Shown: positions 26,001 through 36,308 of the stretch, one piece after another
How positions within the stretch are numbered: position 1 is the first letter of the stretch
Layout of the letters: each line of letters starts with the position of its first letter
Assembly (NCBI RefSeq): GCF_058153355.1
Contig: NZ_CM177019.1
Reading direction: 5' to 3' (one strand)
Length of the DNA: 64,000 bases
The notes under the pieces: model-generated
Databases searched by the model: none
The model's input: the letters and a program-made list of their open reading frames with translations, nothing else
What the model was told of the DNA's origin: nothing
Position numbers and translations under genes: made by a program

Positions 26001-27029
26001 ATGACTGATAACAATCAAAAAAGCCGCGAGCAATTTTATCAGCATATTTCCGGGCAAAACCTGACCCCGCTGTGGGAGTCACTGCACCACCTGGTGCCGA
26101 AAACGCCCAACGCCAACTGTGCGCCAGCGTACTGGAATTATCAGGAGATCCGCCCGCTGCTGCTGGAGAGCGGCAGCCTGATTGGTGCGAAAGAGGCCGT
26201 GCGCCGCGTGCTGGTGCTGGAAAACCCGGCGCTGCGCGGGCAGTCTTCCATTACCGCGACTTTATATGCCGGTTTGCAACTGATCATGCCGGGCGAAGTG
26301 GCACCGAGTCATCGTCATAATCAGTCGGCGCTGCGTTTTATTGTTGAAGGCAAAGGGGCATTTACCGCCGTTGATGGCGAACGCACGCCAATGAATGAGG
26401 GCGATTTTATCCTGACCCCACAATGGCGCTGGCACGATCATGGTAACCCTGGCGACGAACCGGTTATCTGGCTCGATGGGCTGGATCTGCCATTAGTGAA
26501 CACTCTGGGCTGCGGTTTTGCCGAAGATTACCCGGAAGAGCAACAACCGGTAACGCGTAAAGAGGGCGATTATCTGCCGCGTTACGCTGCCAATATGTTG
26601 CCGCTGCGCCATCAGACGGGGAACTCCTCACCGATCTTTAACTATCGTTATGACCGTAGCCGCGAAGTGCTGCACGATTTAACCCGCCTGGGCGATGCCG
26701 ACGAGTGGGATGGCTACAAAATGCGCTATGTCAACCCGGTCACCGGCGGCTATCCGATGCCGTCGATGGGCGCCTTCCTGCAACTGCTACCGAAAGGGTT
26801 CGCTTCCCGCGTGGCGCGTACCACTGACAGCACTATCTACCATGTAGTGGAAGGTAGCGGACAAGTCACCATCGGCAATGAAATCTTCACCTTTAGTGCA
26901 AAAGATATCTTTGTGGTGCCGACCTGGCACGGCGTGTCATTCCAGACTACGCAAGATACCGTTTTATTCAGTTTTTCGGACAGACCGGTACAAGAAGCCC
27001 TGGGGCTGTTCCGCGAAGCGCGTTATTAA
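26001..27029 (+). CDS. mhbD: Gentisate 1,2-dioxygenase (bicupin)
   Basis: 342-aa ORF with cupin His motif ([17 protein letters not shown]...) and two cupin halves. Confidence 0.9.
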   Translation: MTDNNQKSREQFYQHISGQNLTPLWESLHHLVPKTPNANCAPAYWNYQEIRPLLLESGSLIGAKEAVRRVLVLENPALRGQSSITATLYAGLQLIMPGEVAPSHRHNQSALRFIVEGKGAFTAVDGERTPMNEGDFILTPQWRWHDHGNPGDEPVIWLDGLDLPLVNTLGCGFAEDYPEEQQPVTRKEGDYLPRYAANMLPLRHQTGNSSPIFNYRYDRSREVLHDLTRLGDADEWDGYKMRYVNPVTGGYPMPSMGAFLQLLPKGFASRVARTTDSTIYHVVEGSGQVTIGNEIFTFSAKDIFVVPTWHGVSFQTTQDTVLFSFSDRPVQEALGLFREARY

Positions 27030-27044
27030 TTTGGGAGAGAGAAA

Positions 27045-27746
27045 ATGACTCAATATGTATTCGAACCACAAGCGCCCGTTACCGTACCGGTTGTTGGCAG
27101 TGATGAACAATTCCCCGTGCGCCGCGTTTACTGCGTCGGGCGTAACTATGCCGCCCACGCCCGCGAAATGGGCTTTGATCCGGATCGTGAACCCCCCTTC
27201 TTCTTCTGCAAACCAGCAGATGCCGTTGTTCCGGTCGCCGCTGGCGAAACGCTGGCGCTGCCGTATCCGGCGCAGACCGATAACTATCATTACGAAATTG
27301 AACTGGTGGTGGCGATTGGTAAAAAGGGCAGCGATATCCCACTGGAAAAGGCCCATGAATATGTCTGGGGTTATGCCACAGGCCTTGATATGACGCGCCG
27401 GGACCGTCAAATGGAAATGCGTCAGATGGGCCGCCCGTGGGAAATCGGCAAAGCATTTGATCTCTCGGCCCCCATCGCACCGCTGCACAAAGCCAGCGAA
27501 ACCGGCGGTATTGATAACGCACCAATCTGGTTACAGGTAAACGGTGAAGATCACCAGCGCAGCGATATTCGCCATCTCATCTGGTCGGTGAATGAAACCA
27601 TCAGCTACCTGTCAGGCTTCTTTGAGCTGCAACCGGGCGATCTGATCTTCACTGGTACGCCAGAAGGGGTGGGCCCGGTAGTGAAAGGTGATGTGATCAC
27701 GGGCAACGTCGAGGGCTTAACCCCTATCGCGGTGAAGATTGTCTGA
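27045..27746 (+). CDS. mhbH: Fumarylpyruvate hydrolase (FAH family)
   Basis: 233-aa ORF with fumarylacetoacetate-hydrolase-family fold signature (…[15 protein letters not shown]…). Confidence 0.85.
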   Translation: MTQYVFEPQAPVTVPVVGSDEQFPVRRVYCVGRNYAAHAREMGFDPDREPPFFFCKPADAVVPVAAGETLALPYPAQTDNYHYEIELVVAIGKKGSDIPLEKAHEYVWGYATGLDMTRRDRQMEMRQMGRPWEIGKAFDLSAPIAPLHKASETGGIDNAPIWLQVNGEDHQRSDIRHLIWSVNETISYLSGFFELQPGDLIFTGTPEGVGPVVKGDVITGNVEGLTPIAVKIV

Positions 27747-27751
27747 GGTGC

Positions 27752-28399
27752 ATGATGAAGCTGTACAGTTTTTTTAATAGTTCAGCATCGTACCGGGTAC
27801 GCATTGCGCTGGCGCTGAAAGGCATTAATTACCAGACCGAAGGGGTGAATATCCGTATTGGTCAGCAAAATGAACTGGCCTATCGGCGGATGAATCCTGT
27901 CGGGCTGGTGCCGACGCTGCTGACTGACGAGGGCGAGTCACTCGGTCAGTCGCTGGCGATTATTGACTGGCTGGATCGTCACTACCCGCAAGTTCCGCTG
28001 GTGCCGCAGGAAGAACCGGCCCGCAATAAGGTGCTGGAAATTGTCTATGCCATCGCCTGTGATATTCATCCATTGAATAACCTGCGCGTGCTGCGCTACC
28101 TGACCGAAGAGCTGAACGTCAGTGAAGAAGAGAAAAAACGCTGGTATGCGCACTGGATCCAGCAAGGTTTAAGCGCGGTGGAACAGCTACTGCGCCAGAG
28201 CCAGTCGGGGCAATTTTGTGTGGGTGAGACGCCGACGCTGGCAGACTGCTGCCTTGTTCCGCAGTGGGCGAACGCGCTACGTATGAACTGCGATCTGAGT
28301 GGATATCCGCGCTGCAAAGCGGTGTACGACGCCTGCACACAACTGCCAGCGTTCATTGCCGCAGCGCCAGAAAATCAACAAGATAAAATTTCAGCCTGA
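27752..28399 (+). CDS. mhbI: Maleylpyruvate isomerase (zeta-class glutathione S-transferase)
   Basis: 215-aa ORF with GST N-terminal thioredoxin-like start MKLYSFFNSSASYRVRIALALKG. Confidence 0.85.
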   Translation: MMKLYSFFNSSASYRVRIALALKGINYQTEGVNIRIGQQNELAYRRMNPVGLVPTLLTDEGESLGQSLAIIDWLDRHYPQVPLVPQEEPARNKVLEIVYAIACDIHPLNNLRVLRYLTEELNVSEEEKKRWYAHWIQQGLSAVEQLLRQSQSGQFCVGETPTLADCCLVPQWANALRMNCDLSGYPRCKAVYDACTQLPAFIAAAPENQQDKISA

Positions 28400-28413
28400 C
28401 CAGGAGAACCATA

Positions 28414-29607
28414 ATGACTAAAGTGACACGCGCAGTAATTGTGGGAGGCGGGATCGGCGGTGCGGCAACTGCGCTGTCACTGGCCCGCCAGGGGATCAAA
28501 GTGGTGCTGCTGGAAAAGGCGCATGAGATCGGTGAGATTGGCGCAGGTATCCAGTTGGGGCCAAATGCGTTTTCGGCGTTGGATAGTCTTGGTGTTGGCG
28601 AAATCGCCCGCCAACGTGCGGTATTCACCGATCACATCACCATGATGGACGCGGTGAACGCCGAAGAAGTGGTGCGTATTGAAACCGGGCAGGCCTTTCG
28701 TGACCATTTCGGCGGCCCTTACGCGGTGATCCTCCGGGTTGATATTCATGCCTCGGTGTGGGAAGCGGTACTGACGCATCCGGACGTGGAGTATCACACC
28801 TCTACGAATGTCGTGGATATTCGTGAGACGGAAGACGATGTCACCGTTTTCGACGATCGAGGTAATAGCTGGAGCGGCGATATTTTGATTGGCTGTGATG
28901 GCGTGAAGTCAGTGGTGCGCCAGAGCTTATTAGGCGATGCGCCGCGCGTCACCGGTCATGTGGTCTACCGTGCGGTTATCGATTGTGCGGATATGCCGGA
29001 AGATTTACGTATTAATGCGCCGGTATTGTGGGCGGGTCCGCACTGTCACCTGGTACATTATCCTTTGCGCGGCGGCAAGCAGTATAACCTGGTGGTGACA
29101 TTCCACAGCCGCCACCAGGAAGAGTGGGGCGTGAAGGATGGCAGTAAAGAGGAAGTGCTTTCCTATTTTGAAGGCATTCACCCGCGTCCTCGCCAGATGC
29201 TGGATAAACCGACGTCATGGCGACGCTGGTCAACGGCCGATCGTGAACCGGTAGGGAAATGGGGGACTAACCGCATTACGCTGGTGGGCGATGCGGCCCA
29301 TCCGGTGACGCAGTATATGGCACAAGGTGCCTGTATGGCGCTGGAAGATGCAGTAACGCTGGGTAAGGCGCTGGCGCAGTGTGAGGGTGATGCGGCGCAA
29401 GCTTTTGCGCTGTATGAGTCGGTACGTATTCCGCGTACCGCGCGCATCGTCTGGTCGACCCGTGAAATGGGGCGGGTTTATCACGCCGCAGGGGTAGAAC
29501 GTCAGGTACGTAACCTGCTGTGGAAAGGGAAATCGCAGGCAGAGTTTTATCGCGGCATGGAGTGGCTGTACGGCTGGAAAGAAGATAACTGTCTGCAACC
29601 ACGCTGA
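28414..29607 (+). CDS. mhbM: 3-hydroxybenzoate 6-hydroxylase (FAD-dependent monooxygenase)
   Basis: 397-aa ORF with FAD-binding GxGxxG (VIVGGGIGGAATAL) and the DG and GD motifs of flavin hydroxylases. Confidence 0.85.
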   Translation: MTKVTRAVIVGGGIGGAATALSLARQGIKVVLLEKAHEIGEIGAGIQLGPNAFSALDSLGVGEIARQRAVFTDHITMMDAVNAEEVVRIETGQAFRDHFGGPYAVILRVDIHASVWEAVLTHPDVEYHTSTNVVDIRETEDDVTVFDDRGNSWSGDILIGCDGVKSVVRQSLLGDAPRVTGHVVYRAVIDCADMPEDLRINAPVLWAGPHCHLVHYPLRGGKQYNLVVTFHSRHQEEWGVKDGSKEEVLSYFEGIHPRPRQMLDKPTSWRRWSTADREPVGKWGTNRITLVGDAAHPVTQYMAQGACMALEDAVTLGKALAQCEGDAAQAFALYESVRIPRTARIVWSTREMGRVYHAAGVERQVRNLLWKGKSQAEFYRGMEWLYGWKEDNCLQPR

Positions 29608-29638
29608 GTACTTCTTACCCAATCAGGTGCACGGACGG

Positions 29639-29676
29639 TCCCCTCGCCCCTTTGGGGAGAGGGTTAGGGTGAGGGG
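29639..29676. repeat. G/C-tract structured repeat at the junction between the mhb cluster and dusC
   Basis: tcccctcgcccctttggggagagggttagggtgagggg, with nested inverted repeats cccc-ttt-gggg and ccctc...gaggg. Confidence 0.4.
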
Positions 29677-29726
29677 AAAAATCTTGCCCGAATTAATCAG
29701 TAAGTCAGTTTGTCTGCAAACACCAG

Positions 29727-29755
29727 AGGCGCTAACATAGCGCCTCATTTTTTTG
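29727..29755 (+). terminator. Rho-independent terminator after the mhb operon
   Basis: aggcgctaacatagcgcct hairpin followed by cattttttt; lies inside the long ORF-track N-terminal extension of dusC, which argues for the downstream dusC start. Confidence 0.5.
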
Positions 29756-29766
29756 CGGGTGATGAT

Positions 29767-30714
29767 ATGCGTGTGTTACTGGCGCCGATGGAGGGTGTAC
29801 TCGACTCTCTGGTGCGTGAATTGCTGACCGAAGTTAACGACTACGATCTGTGCATCACCGAGTTTGTCCGCGTGGTGGATCAACTGCTGCCGGTAAAAGT
29901 TTTTCATCGCATTTGCCCGGAGCTACAAAACGCCAGCCGAACGCCATCCGGTACGCTGGTGCGCGTGCAATTGCTGGGTCAGTTCCCACAATGGCTGGCA
30001 GAGAACGCCGCCCGTGCGGTGGAGTTAGGTTCCTGGGGTGTGGATCTTAATTGCGGCTGTCCGTCGAAAACGGTTAACGGTAGCGGCGGCGGGGCGACAC
30101 TACTCAAAGATCCTGAACTCATCTACCAGGGTGCAAAAGCGATGCGTGAAGCTGTACCGGCGCATTTGCCCGTCAGTGTGAAAGTGCGTCTGGGCTGGGA
30201 CAGCGGTGAGAAGAAATTTGAAATCGCCGATGCGGTTCAACAGGCTGGCGCTACGGAGTTGGTGGTGCATGGGCGGACAAAAGAGCAGGGGTACCGCGCG
30301 GAGCATATTGACTGGCAGGCGATTGGCGAGATTCGCCAACGGCTGAATATTCCAGTGATTGCCAACGGTGAAATCTGGGACTGGCAGAGCGCGCAACAGT
30401 GTATGGCGATCAGCGGCTGTGACGCGGTGATGATTGGTCGCGGAGCGCTCAATATTCCCAATCTGAGCCGAGTGGTAAAATACAACGAACCGCGAATGCC
30501 GTGGCCGGAGGTGGTTGCTTTGCTACAAAAATATACCCGTCTGGAAAAGCAGGGCGATACCGGGTTATATCACGTTGCGCGGATTAAACAGTGGTTGAGT
30601 TATTTGCGTAAAGAATACGATGAAGCAACAGAATTATTTCAGCATGTTCGGGTGTTGAATAATTCCCCTGATATTGCAAGGGCTATTCAGGCAATTGATA
30701 TCGAGAAACTCTAA
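29767..30714 (+). CDS. dusC: tRNA-dihydrouridine(16) synthase DusC
   Basis: 315-aa product starting [36 protein letters not shown]; TIM-barrel Dus family. Confidence 0.9.
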   Translation: MRVLLAPMEGVLDSLVRELLTEVNDYDLCITEFVRVVDQLLPVKVFHRICPELQNASRTPSGTLVRVQLLGQFPQWLAENAARAVELGSWGVDLNCGCPSKTVNGSGGGATLLKDPELIYQGAKAMREAVPAHLPVSVKVRLGWDSGEKKFEIADAVQQAGATELVVHGRTKEQGYRAEHIDWQAIGEIRQRLNIPVIANGEIWDWQSAQQCMAISGCDAVMIGRGALNIPNLSRVVKYNEPRMPWPEVVALLQKYTRLEKQGDTGLYHVARIKQWLSYLRKEYDEATELFQHVRVLNNSPDIARAIQAIDIEKL

Positions 30715-31086
30715 GAAACCATAGTGATGTTTTTTGACAATGTGTTAGCTCTTTATCAATAGGCCGCACGGTTGTTTGGTGGCGTCAAAATCGCCGAGGC
30801 GTTCCCTGAAGGCCGGGGCAGCCCACATGGATGTGGGCTGAGGGCGCGTTTTACAGGGATGTTACCTCGCGCCCGACCCGGTAGCCGTAAGGGATAAGCC
30901 GAGGGCACCGCGCAGCGGCGATTTTGTTCGCCAGAGCCCGGGGGTGCAGGGGGCGGCGGCGACTGGTCGCCCCCTGCGCGCTCCTTGCGCTAGTGATTAT
31001 ATGAAGCAATGCACATGACAGGAGCGCAACAGGATGAGAGACTGAAATATTCTCGTTATTTTCGGATCTGATGACGTTAATTAATT

Positions 31087-31170
31087 TTAAAATATCATCT
31101 TAAATACGCCAGTCACCACCAGTAGTCCAATCAGGAAAATAATCAATACAGCCCAGAGTATAATTTTCAT
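31087..31170 (-). CDS. yohP: Small membrane protein YohP (27 aa)
   Basis: Reverse-strand ORF MKIILWAVLIIFLIGLLVVTGVFKMIF; below the ORF-track size cut-off and read manually. Confidence 0.75.
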   Translation of the reverse strand: MKIILWAVLIIFLIGLLVVTGVFKMIF

Positions 31171-31393
31171 TGGCGTTCCTTTATTTGTGAGTGTCGAATA
31201 AGTATAGGAAAAAACGAAGCCCTTTGCCGTTACTCATAAGTGATTAAGATAAATCGGAGAATATCATTCACTTACTGTATATTTTTCTGAATATGTCGTT
31301 TTATTGCCACTGATGTATTGCCACGCGAAACTAAAAAATATATTGCATCACACGGTAATCTCCGCGCACCTTTTCTTACCTGACTATTCCTCC

Positions 31394-32830
31394 ATGAATC
31401 GTGATTCCTTTTACCCAGCCATCGCCTGTTTTCCTCTGTTACTGATGCTGGCCGGGTGTGCGCCTATGCATGAAACCCGCCAGGCGTTAAGCCAGCAAAC
31501 ACCCGCTGCGCAAGTTGACACCGCATTACCTACGGCGCTGAAAAATGGTTGGCCAGACAGCCAATGGTGGCTGGAGTATCACGATAATCAACTCACTTCA
31601 TTAATTAACTATGCACTGCAGAACGCACCGGATATGCAGGTGGCTGAACAGCGCATTCAGCTGGCTGAAGCCCAGGCGAAGGCAGTTGCCACTCAGGATG
31701 GCCCTCAGATCGATTTTTCTGCGGATATGGAGCGGCAAAAAATGTCGGCAGAAGGGCTAATGGGGCCGTTTGCTCTGAACGATCCTGCCGCAGGTACGAC
31801 CGGTCCGTGGTACACCAATGGTACTTTTGGCTTAACGGCGGGCTGGCATCTTGATATTTGGGGAAAAAATCGGGCGGAGGTTACTGCTCGCCTCGGTACG
31901 GTTAAAGCACGGGCGGCGGAACGCGAGCAAACCCGCCAATTGCTGGCTGGCAGCGTAGCCCGCCTGTACTGGGAGTGGCAAACCCAGGCAGCGTTAAACA
32001 CTGTTTTGCAGCAAATCGTAAAAGAGCAGAACACCATTATCGCGACCGATCGCCAGCTATATCAGAACGGGATTACTTCTTCAGTTGAAGGTGTGGAAAC
32101 CGATATTAATGCTAGCAAGACCCGGCAGCAGCTCAACGATGCCGTGGGAAAAATGAAAATTATTGAGGCACGGTTAAGCGCACTTACAAATCACCAGATA
32201 AAGTCATTGAAGCTTAAACCGGTTGAGTTGCCGAAAGTGGCAAGTCAGCTTCCTGATGAACTGGGGTATTCATTGCTGGCACGGCGGGCAGATTTGCAGG
32301 CAGCGCATTGGTACGTTGAGTCATCGTTAAGCACCATTGATGCGGCAAAAGCGGCATTTTATCCTGACATCAACCTGATGGCCTTCCTGCAACAGGATGC
32401 GTTGCACTTAAGCGATTTGTTCCGTCATTCCGCGCAGCAAATGGGCGTTACGGCAGGCCTGACGCTACCCATTTTCGATAGTGGTCGTCTTAACGCCAAC
32501 CTCGATATTGCAAAAGCCGAAAGCAACTTGTCTATCGCCAGCTACAACAAAGCGGTGGTTGAAGCGGTGAATGACGTGGCGCGGGCAGCCAGTCAGGTTC
32601 AGACGCTGGCGGAGAAAAACCAGCATCAGGCGCAAATTGAGCGCGATGCCTTGCGTGTGGTAGGTCTTGCGCAGGCCCGCTTTAACGCGGGTATCATTGC
32701 TGGTTCCCGCGTCAGCGAAGCCAGAATCCCGGCGCTGCGTGAGCGGGCCAATGGCCTGTTATTGCAAGGGCAGTGGCTGGATGCCTCCATTCAACTCACT
32801 GGTGCGTTGGGCGGGGGTTACAAACGCTGA
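31394..32830 (+). CDS. mdtQ: Outer membrane efflux lipoprotein, OMF/NodT family (MdtQ), apparently intact
   Basis: 478-aa product from MNRDSFYPAIACFPLLLMLAGCAP with lipobox LAGC; TolC-like repeats; uninterrupted frame. Confidence 0.85.
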   Translation: MNRDSFYPAIACFPLLLMLAGCAPMHETRQALSQQTPAAQVDTALPTALKNGWPDSQWWLEYHDNQLTSLINYALQNAPDMQVAEQRIQLAEAQAKAVATQDGPQIDFSADMERQKMSAEGLMGPFALNDPAAGTTGPWYTNGTFGLTAGWHLDIWGKNRAEVTARLGTVKARAAEREQTRQLLAGSVARLYWEWQTQAALNTVLQQIVKEQNTIIATDRQLYQNGITSSVEGVETDINASKTRQQLNDAVGKMKIIEARLSALTNHQIKSLKLKPVELPKVASQLPDELGYSLLARRADLQAAHWYVESSLSTIDAAKAAFYPDINLMAFLQQDALHLSDLFRHSAQQMGVTAGLTLPIFDSGRLNANLDIAKAESNLSIASYNKAVVEAVNDVARAASQVQTLAEKNQHQAQIERDALRVVGLAQARFNAGIIAGSRVSEARIPALRERANGLLLQGQWLDASIQLTGALGGGYKR

Positions 32831-32882
32831 TGATATACGCCTTCTATACTTAACGTTTATTCAGCGTTAAGTGGAGAACTCG

Positions 32883-33644
32883 ATGGCACAGGTCGCGATT
32901 ATTACCGCTTCCGATTCGGGGATCGGCAAAGAGTGCGCGTTATTACTGGCGCAGCAGGGTTTTGATATTGGTATTACCTGGCACTCAGATGAAGAAGGGG
33001 CAAAAGATACCGCGCGTGAGGTGGTTAGCCACGGCGTACGTGCGGAGATGGTGCAGTTGGATCTCGGTAAACTGCCAGAGGGGGCACTGGCGCTGGAGAA
33101 ACTTATTCAACGGCTGGGGCGCATCGATGTGCTCGTGAATAATGCGGGCACAATGACCAAAGCGCCGTTTCTTGATATGGCTTTCGATGAGTGGCGCAAG
33201 ATTTTTACCGTTGATGTTGATGGTGCATTTTTATGCTCGCAAATTGCGGCCCGCCAGATGGTGAAACAAGGGCAGGGCGGTCGCATCATCAACATTACGT
33301 CGGTACATGAGCATACGCCGCTGCCGGATGCCAGCGCCTATACAGCCGCTAAACATGCACTCGGTGGGCTAACCAAAGCGATGGCGCTTGAGCTGGTCAG
33401 GCATAAGATTTTGGTGAATGCAGTCGCGCCTGGGGCTATCGCCACGCCAATGAATGGCATGGATGACGGCGACGTGAAGCCCGACGCGGAGCCTTCGATT
33501 CCCCTGCGGCGTTTCGGCGCAACGCATGAGATTGCCAGCCTGGTGGCGTGGTTATGCTCTGAAGGCGCAAATTACACCACCGGGCAGTCGTTAATTGTCG
33601 ATGGTGGCTTTATGCTGGCGAATCCGCAGTTCAACCCAGAATAG
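32883..33644 (+). CDS. yohF: Short-chain dehydrogenase/reductase YohF
   Basis: 253-aa product with SDR motifs TASDSGIGKE (cofactor binding) and Y-x3-K (YTAAKHAL). Confidence 0.9.
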   Translation: MAQVAIITASDSGIGKECALLLAQQGFDIGITWHSDEEGAKDTAREVVSHGVRAEMVQLDLGKLPEGALALEKLIQRLGRIDVLVNNAGTMTKAPFLDMAFDEWRKIFTVDVDGAFLCSQIAARQMVKQGQGGRIINITSVHEHTPLPDASAYTAAKHALGGLTKAMALELVRHKILVNAVAPGAIATPMNGMDDGDVKPDAEPSIPLRRFGATHEIASLVAWLCSEGANYTTGQSLIVDGGFMLANPQFNPE

Positions 33645-33691
33645 CACTGTGAGGTGCGTGGTTATTTCAATGGGTAATCTTTGGTAGGTAT

Positions 33692-33762
33692 GATAAGACG
33701 CATAAGCGTCGCATCAGGCATGGTGCGACGGATGTCGGATGCGGCGCAAACCGCCTTATCCG
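33692..33762. repeat. REP/BIME elements between convergent yohF and yohD
   Basis: gataagacgcataagcgtcgcatcaggcat and cggatgcggcgcaaaccgccttatccg. Confidence 0.6.
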
Positions 33763-33773
33763 AGGCAATGGTT

Positions 33774-34352
33774 TTACGCCTGATCATCCGGCTTTTTCTT
33801 CCCGCGCCGTTTCAGCCACCAGCGCACGCCAACCACCAGAACCACGACCAGAATCAACCAGACCCAGTGCTTCAAATGCTGGTCGAGATTGTGCAACCAC
33901 GGCGCAATCACCTGACCACCAGCATAACCGATAGTGGTAAAAATCAACGCCCAGGCAAATGCGCCGAGAATATTCAGCGGCAGAAAGATTTTCGGCGGCA
34001 GCTGGCTGGCACCAATCAGCGTCGGGCCAATCACCCTAAAGCCATACATAAAACGCGTACCAATGACAAACAGATACGGATGGCGTTGGATAAGTTTCTG
34101 CGCCCGCTCAATTTTATCCTGATGTTTCGAGAAACGGCGTAATAGCTTGCCGCCAAAGCGCCGCCCGCACAGATAAAGCACCTGGTCGCCAATCATGCCG
34201 CCAAGCGCCACAGAAAGTACCACCAGCGGGAACTTTAATAGTCCCTGATGTGCCGCAACGCCTCCCAGCAAAGTCACGGTTTCACCTTCCGCCAGGCTAC
34301 CGATCACCAGCGCGGCATAACCATATTGTGAGATGAGTGTATTGAGATCCAT
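33774..34352 (-). CDS. yohD: DedA-family inner membrane protein YohD
   Basis: 192-aa ORF with DedA/SNARE-associated fold; synteny. Confidence 0.9.
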   Translation of the reverse strand: MDLNTLISQYGYAALVIGSLAEGETVTLLGGVAAHQGLLKFPLVVLSVALGGMIGDQVLYLCGRRFGGKLLRRFSKHQDKIERAQKLIQRHPYLFVIGTRFMYGFRVIGPTLIGASQLPPKIFLPLNILGAFAWALIFTTIGYAGGQVIAPWLHNLDQHLKHWVWLILVVVLVVGVRWWLKRRGKKKPDDQA

Positions 34353-34521
34353 AGGCCAGTCTGTCTCCCTTTAGTTGCCTGTAAGCATACACCCTGTGAA
34401 TAGTTAACGCTGAAAAAGGACATACATCAGACGGTGCAAATTACATGAGCGAACAAAAAATAATCACAAGCTGACTTATACTTGAACTGTCAGGTTCATG
34501 AACTCACAACAAGGGGGCGGT

Positions 34522-35109
34522 ATGAGCCATGTCTGGGGACTGTTTTCCCATCCCGATCGTGAAATGCAGGTGATTAATCGCGAAAACGAAACGATTTCTC
34601 ATCACTACACCCACCACGTTTTGCTGATGGCGGCAATTCCGGTGATTTGCGCCTTCATTGGCACCACACAAATTGGCTGGAATTTTGGCGATGGCACCAT
34701 CCTGAAGTTATCCTGGTTTACCGGACTGGCGCTGGCTGTCTTGTTTTATGGCGTTATGCTGGCTGGGGTCGCGGTGATGGGGCGGGTCATCTGGTGGATG
34801 GCGCGCAATTATCCGCAGCGTCCGTCACTTGCGCACTGCATGGTCTTTGCGGGCTACGTTGCAACTCCGCTGTTTTTAAGCGGTCTGGTGGCGCTTTATC
34901 CGCTGGTCTGGTTGTGTGCGCTGGTCGGCACGGTGGCGCTGTTTTACACCGGCTACCTGCTTTATCTCGGTATTCCGAGCTTCCTGAATATCAACAAAGA
35001 GGAAGGCCTTAGCTTCTCCAGTTCGACGCTGGCGATTGGCGTGCTGGTACTGGAAGTGCTGCTCGCCCTTACCGTTATACTATGGGGTTACGGTTATCGT
35101 TTGTTCTAG
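34522..35109 (+). CDS. yohC: Yip1-family inner membrane protein YohC
   Basis: 195-aa product from MSHVWGLFSHPDREMQVINRE; 5 TM segments. Confidence 0.85.
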   Translation: MSHVWGLFSHPDREMQVINRENETISHHYTHHVLLMAAIPVICAFIGTTQIGWNFGDGTILKLSWFTGLALAVLFYGVMLAGVAVMGRVIWWMARNYPQRPSLAHCMVFAGYVATPLFLSGLVALYPLVWLCALVGTVALFYTGYLLYLGIPSFLNINKEEGLSFSSSTLAIGVLVLEVLLALTVILWGYGYRLF

Positions 35110-35282
35110 CAAGTTCTTTTGTGTTGCATTGCTGGCGTAAATGTCAGCAATGCAGCATTTCCTCACGATTCTCCTTTGACGATCGCACTTTTTGCTCGTT
35201 ATGATGGCGTCGCTAGCCTCAGTAAATCCTTACTCCGGCGGTGCGCAACCTGTGCGCGTGAACCACTATCTGAATGCTCATC

Positions 35283-36215
35283 ATGCCGAAATTTCGAGTT
35301 TCTTTATTTAGCCTGGCCCTGATGCTGGCTGTGCCTTTTGCGCCGCAGGCCGTTGCGAAAACGGCAGCCGCTACCACCGCTTCACAACCGGAAATTGCTT
35401 CCGGTAGCGCGATGATTGTTGATCTGAATACCAACAAAGTGATCTATTCGAACCACCCGGATCTGGTGCGTCCGATTGCGTCTATCAGTAAATTAATGAC
35501 CGCGATGGTCGTGCTGGATGCGCGACTGCCGCTGGATGAAAAACTAAAAGTGGATATCAGCCAGACGCCGGAGATGAAAGGGGTCTATTCGCGCGTACGA
35601 CTGAACAGCGAAATCAGCCGTAAAGATATGCTGTTGCTGGCGCTGATGTCTTCAGAAAACCGCGCGGCGGCAAGCCTTGCGCACCATTATCCCGGTGGCT
35701 ACAAAGCCTTTATTAAGGCGATGAATGCGAAAGCGAAATCGCTCGGAATGAACAACACGCGCTTTGTTGAACCGACCGGATTGTCGGTGCATAACGTTTC
35801 AACTGCCCGTGACTTAACCAAACTGCTTATTGCCAGCAAACAATATCCATTGATCGGGCAGTTAAGTACTACCCGGGAAGATATGGCAACCTTCTCTAAC
35901 CCGACGTATACGCTGCCGTTCCGCAATACTAACCATCTGGTGTATCGCGATAACTGGAATATTCAGTTAACCAAAACCGGTTTTACCAATGCGGCGGGCC
36001 ATTGTCTGGTGATGCGCACGGTTATCAATAATAAACCGGTGGCGCTGGTAGTGATGGATGCGTTTGGCAAATATACCCATTTTGCCGATGCCAGCCGCCT
36101 GCGTACCTGGATTGAAACCGGTAAAGTGATGCCAGTTCCGGCAGCAGCGTTGAGCTATAAAAAACAAAAAGCCGCCCAGATGGCGGCGGCGGGGCAGACG
36201 GCGCAGAACGATTAA
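35283..36215 (+). CDS. pbpG: D-alanyl-D-alanine endopeptidase PBP7
   Basis: 310-aa product with signal peptide and active-site SxxK (SISKLMT) and SxN motifs. Confidence 0.9.
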
Positions 36216-36228
36216 GGGTAGGCAGAAT

Positions 36229-36297
36229 AAGGCGTTTACGCCGCATCCGGCATTCGGAGCACAATGCCTGATGCGATGCTTCTATTTGCATCAGGCA
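36229..36297. repeat. REP elements between convergent pbpG and dld
   Basis: aggcgtttacgccgcatccggca and gcctgatgcgatgcttctatttgcatcaggc. Confidence 0.6.
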
Positions 36298-36308
36298 TCC
36301 AGCCGTAT

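Noticed and set aside
29710-29766. N-terminal extension of dusC (ORF-track start at 29710)
   Set aside because: The extension spans a terminator hairpin with a T-tract; the conserved Dus N-terminus begins at the Met at 29767. Similar long upstream extensions were rejected for mdtQ, yehM, yehP, yehQ, bglX and dld in favour of internal starts with signal peptides or translational coupling.
33681-34142. 153-aa plus-strand ORF
   Set aside because: Starts within the REP elements and runs antisense into yohD; no coding features.
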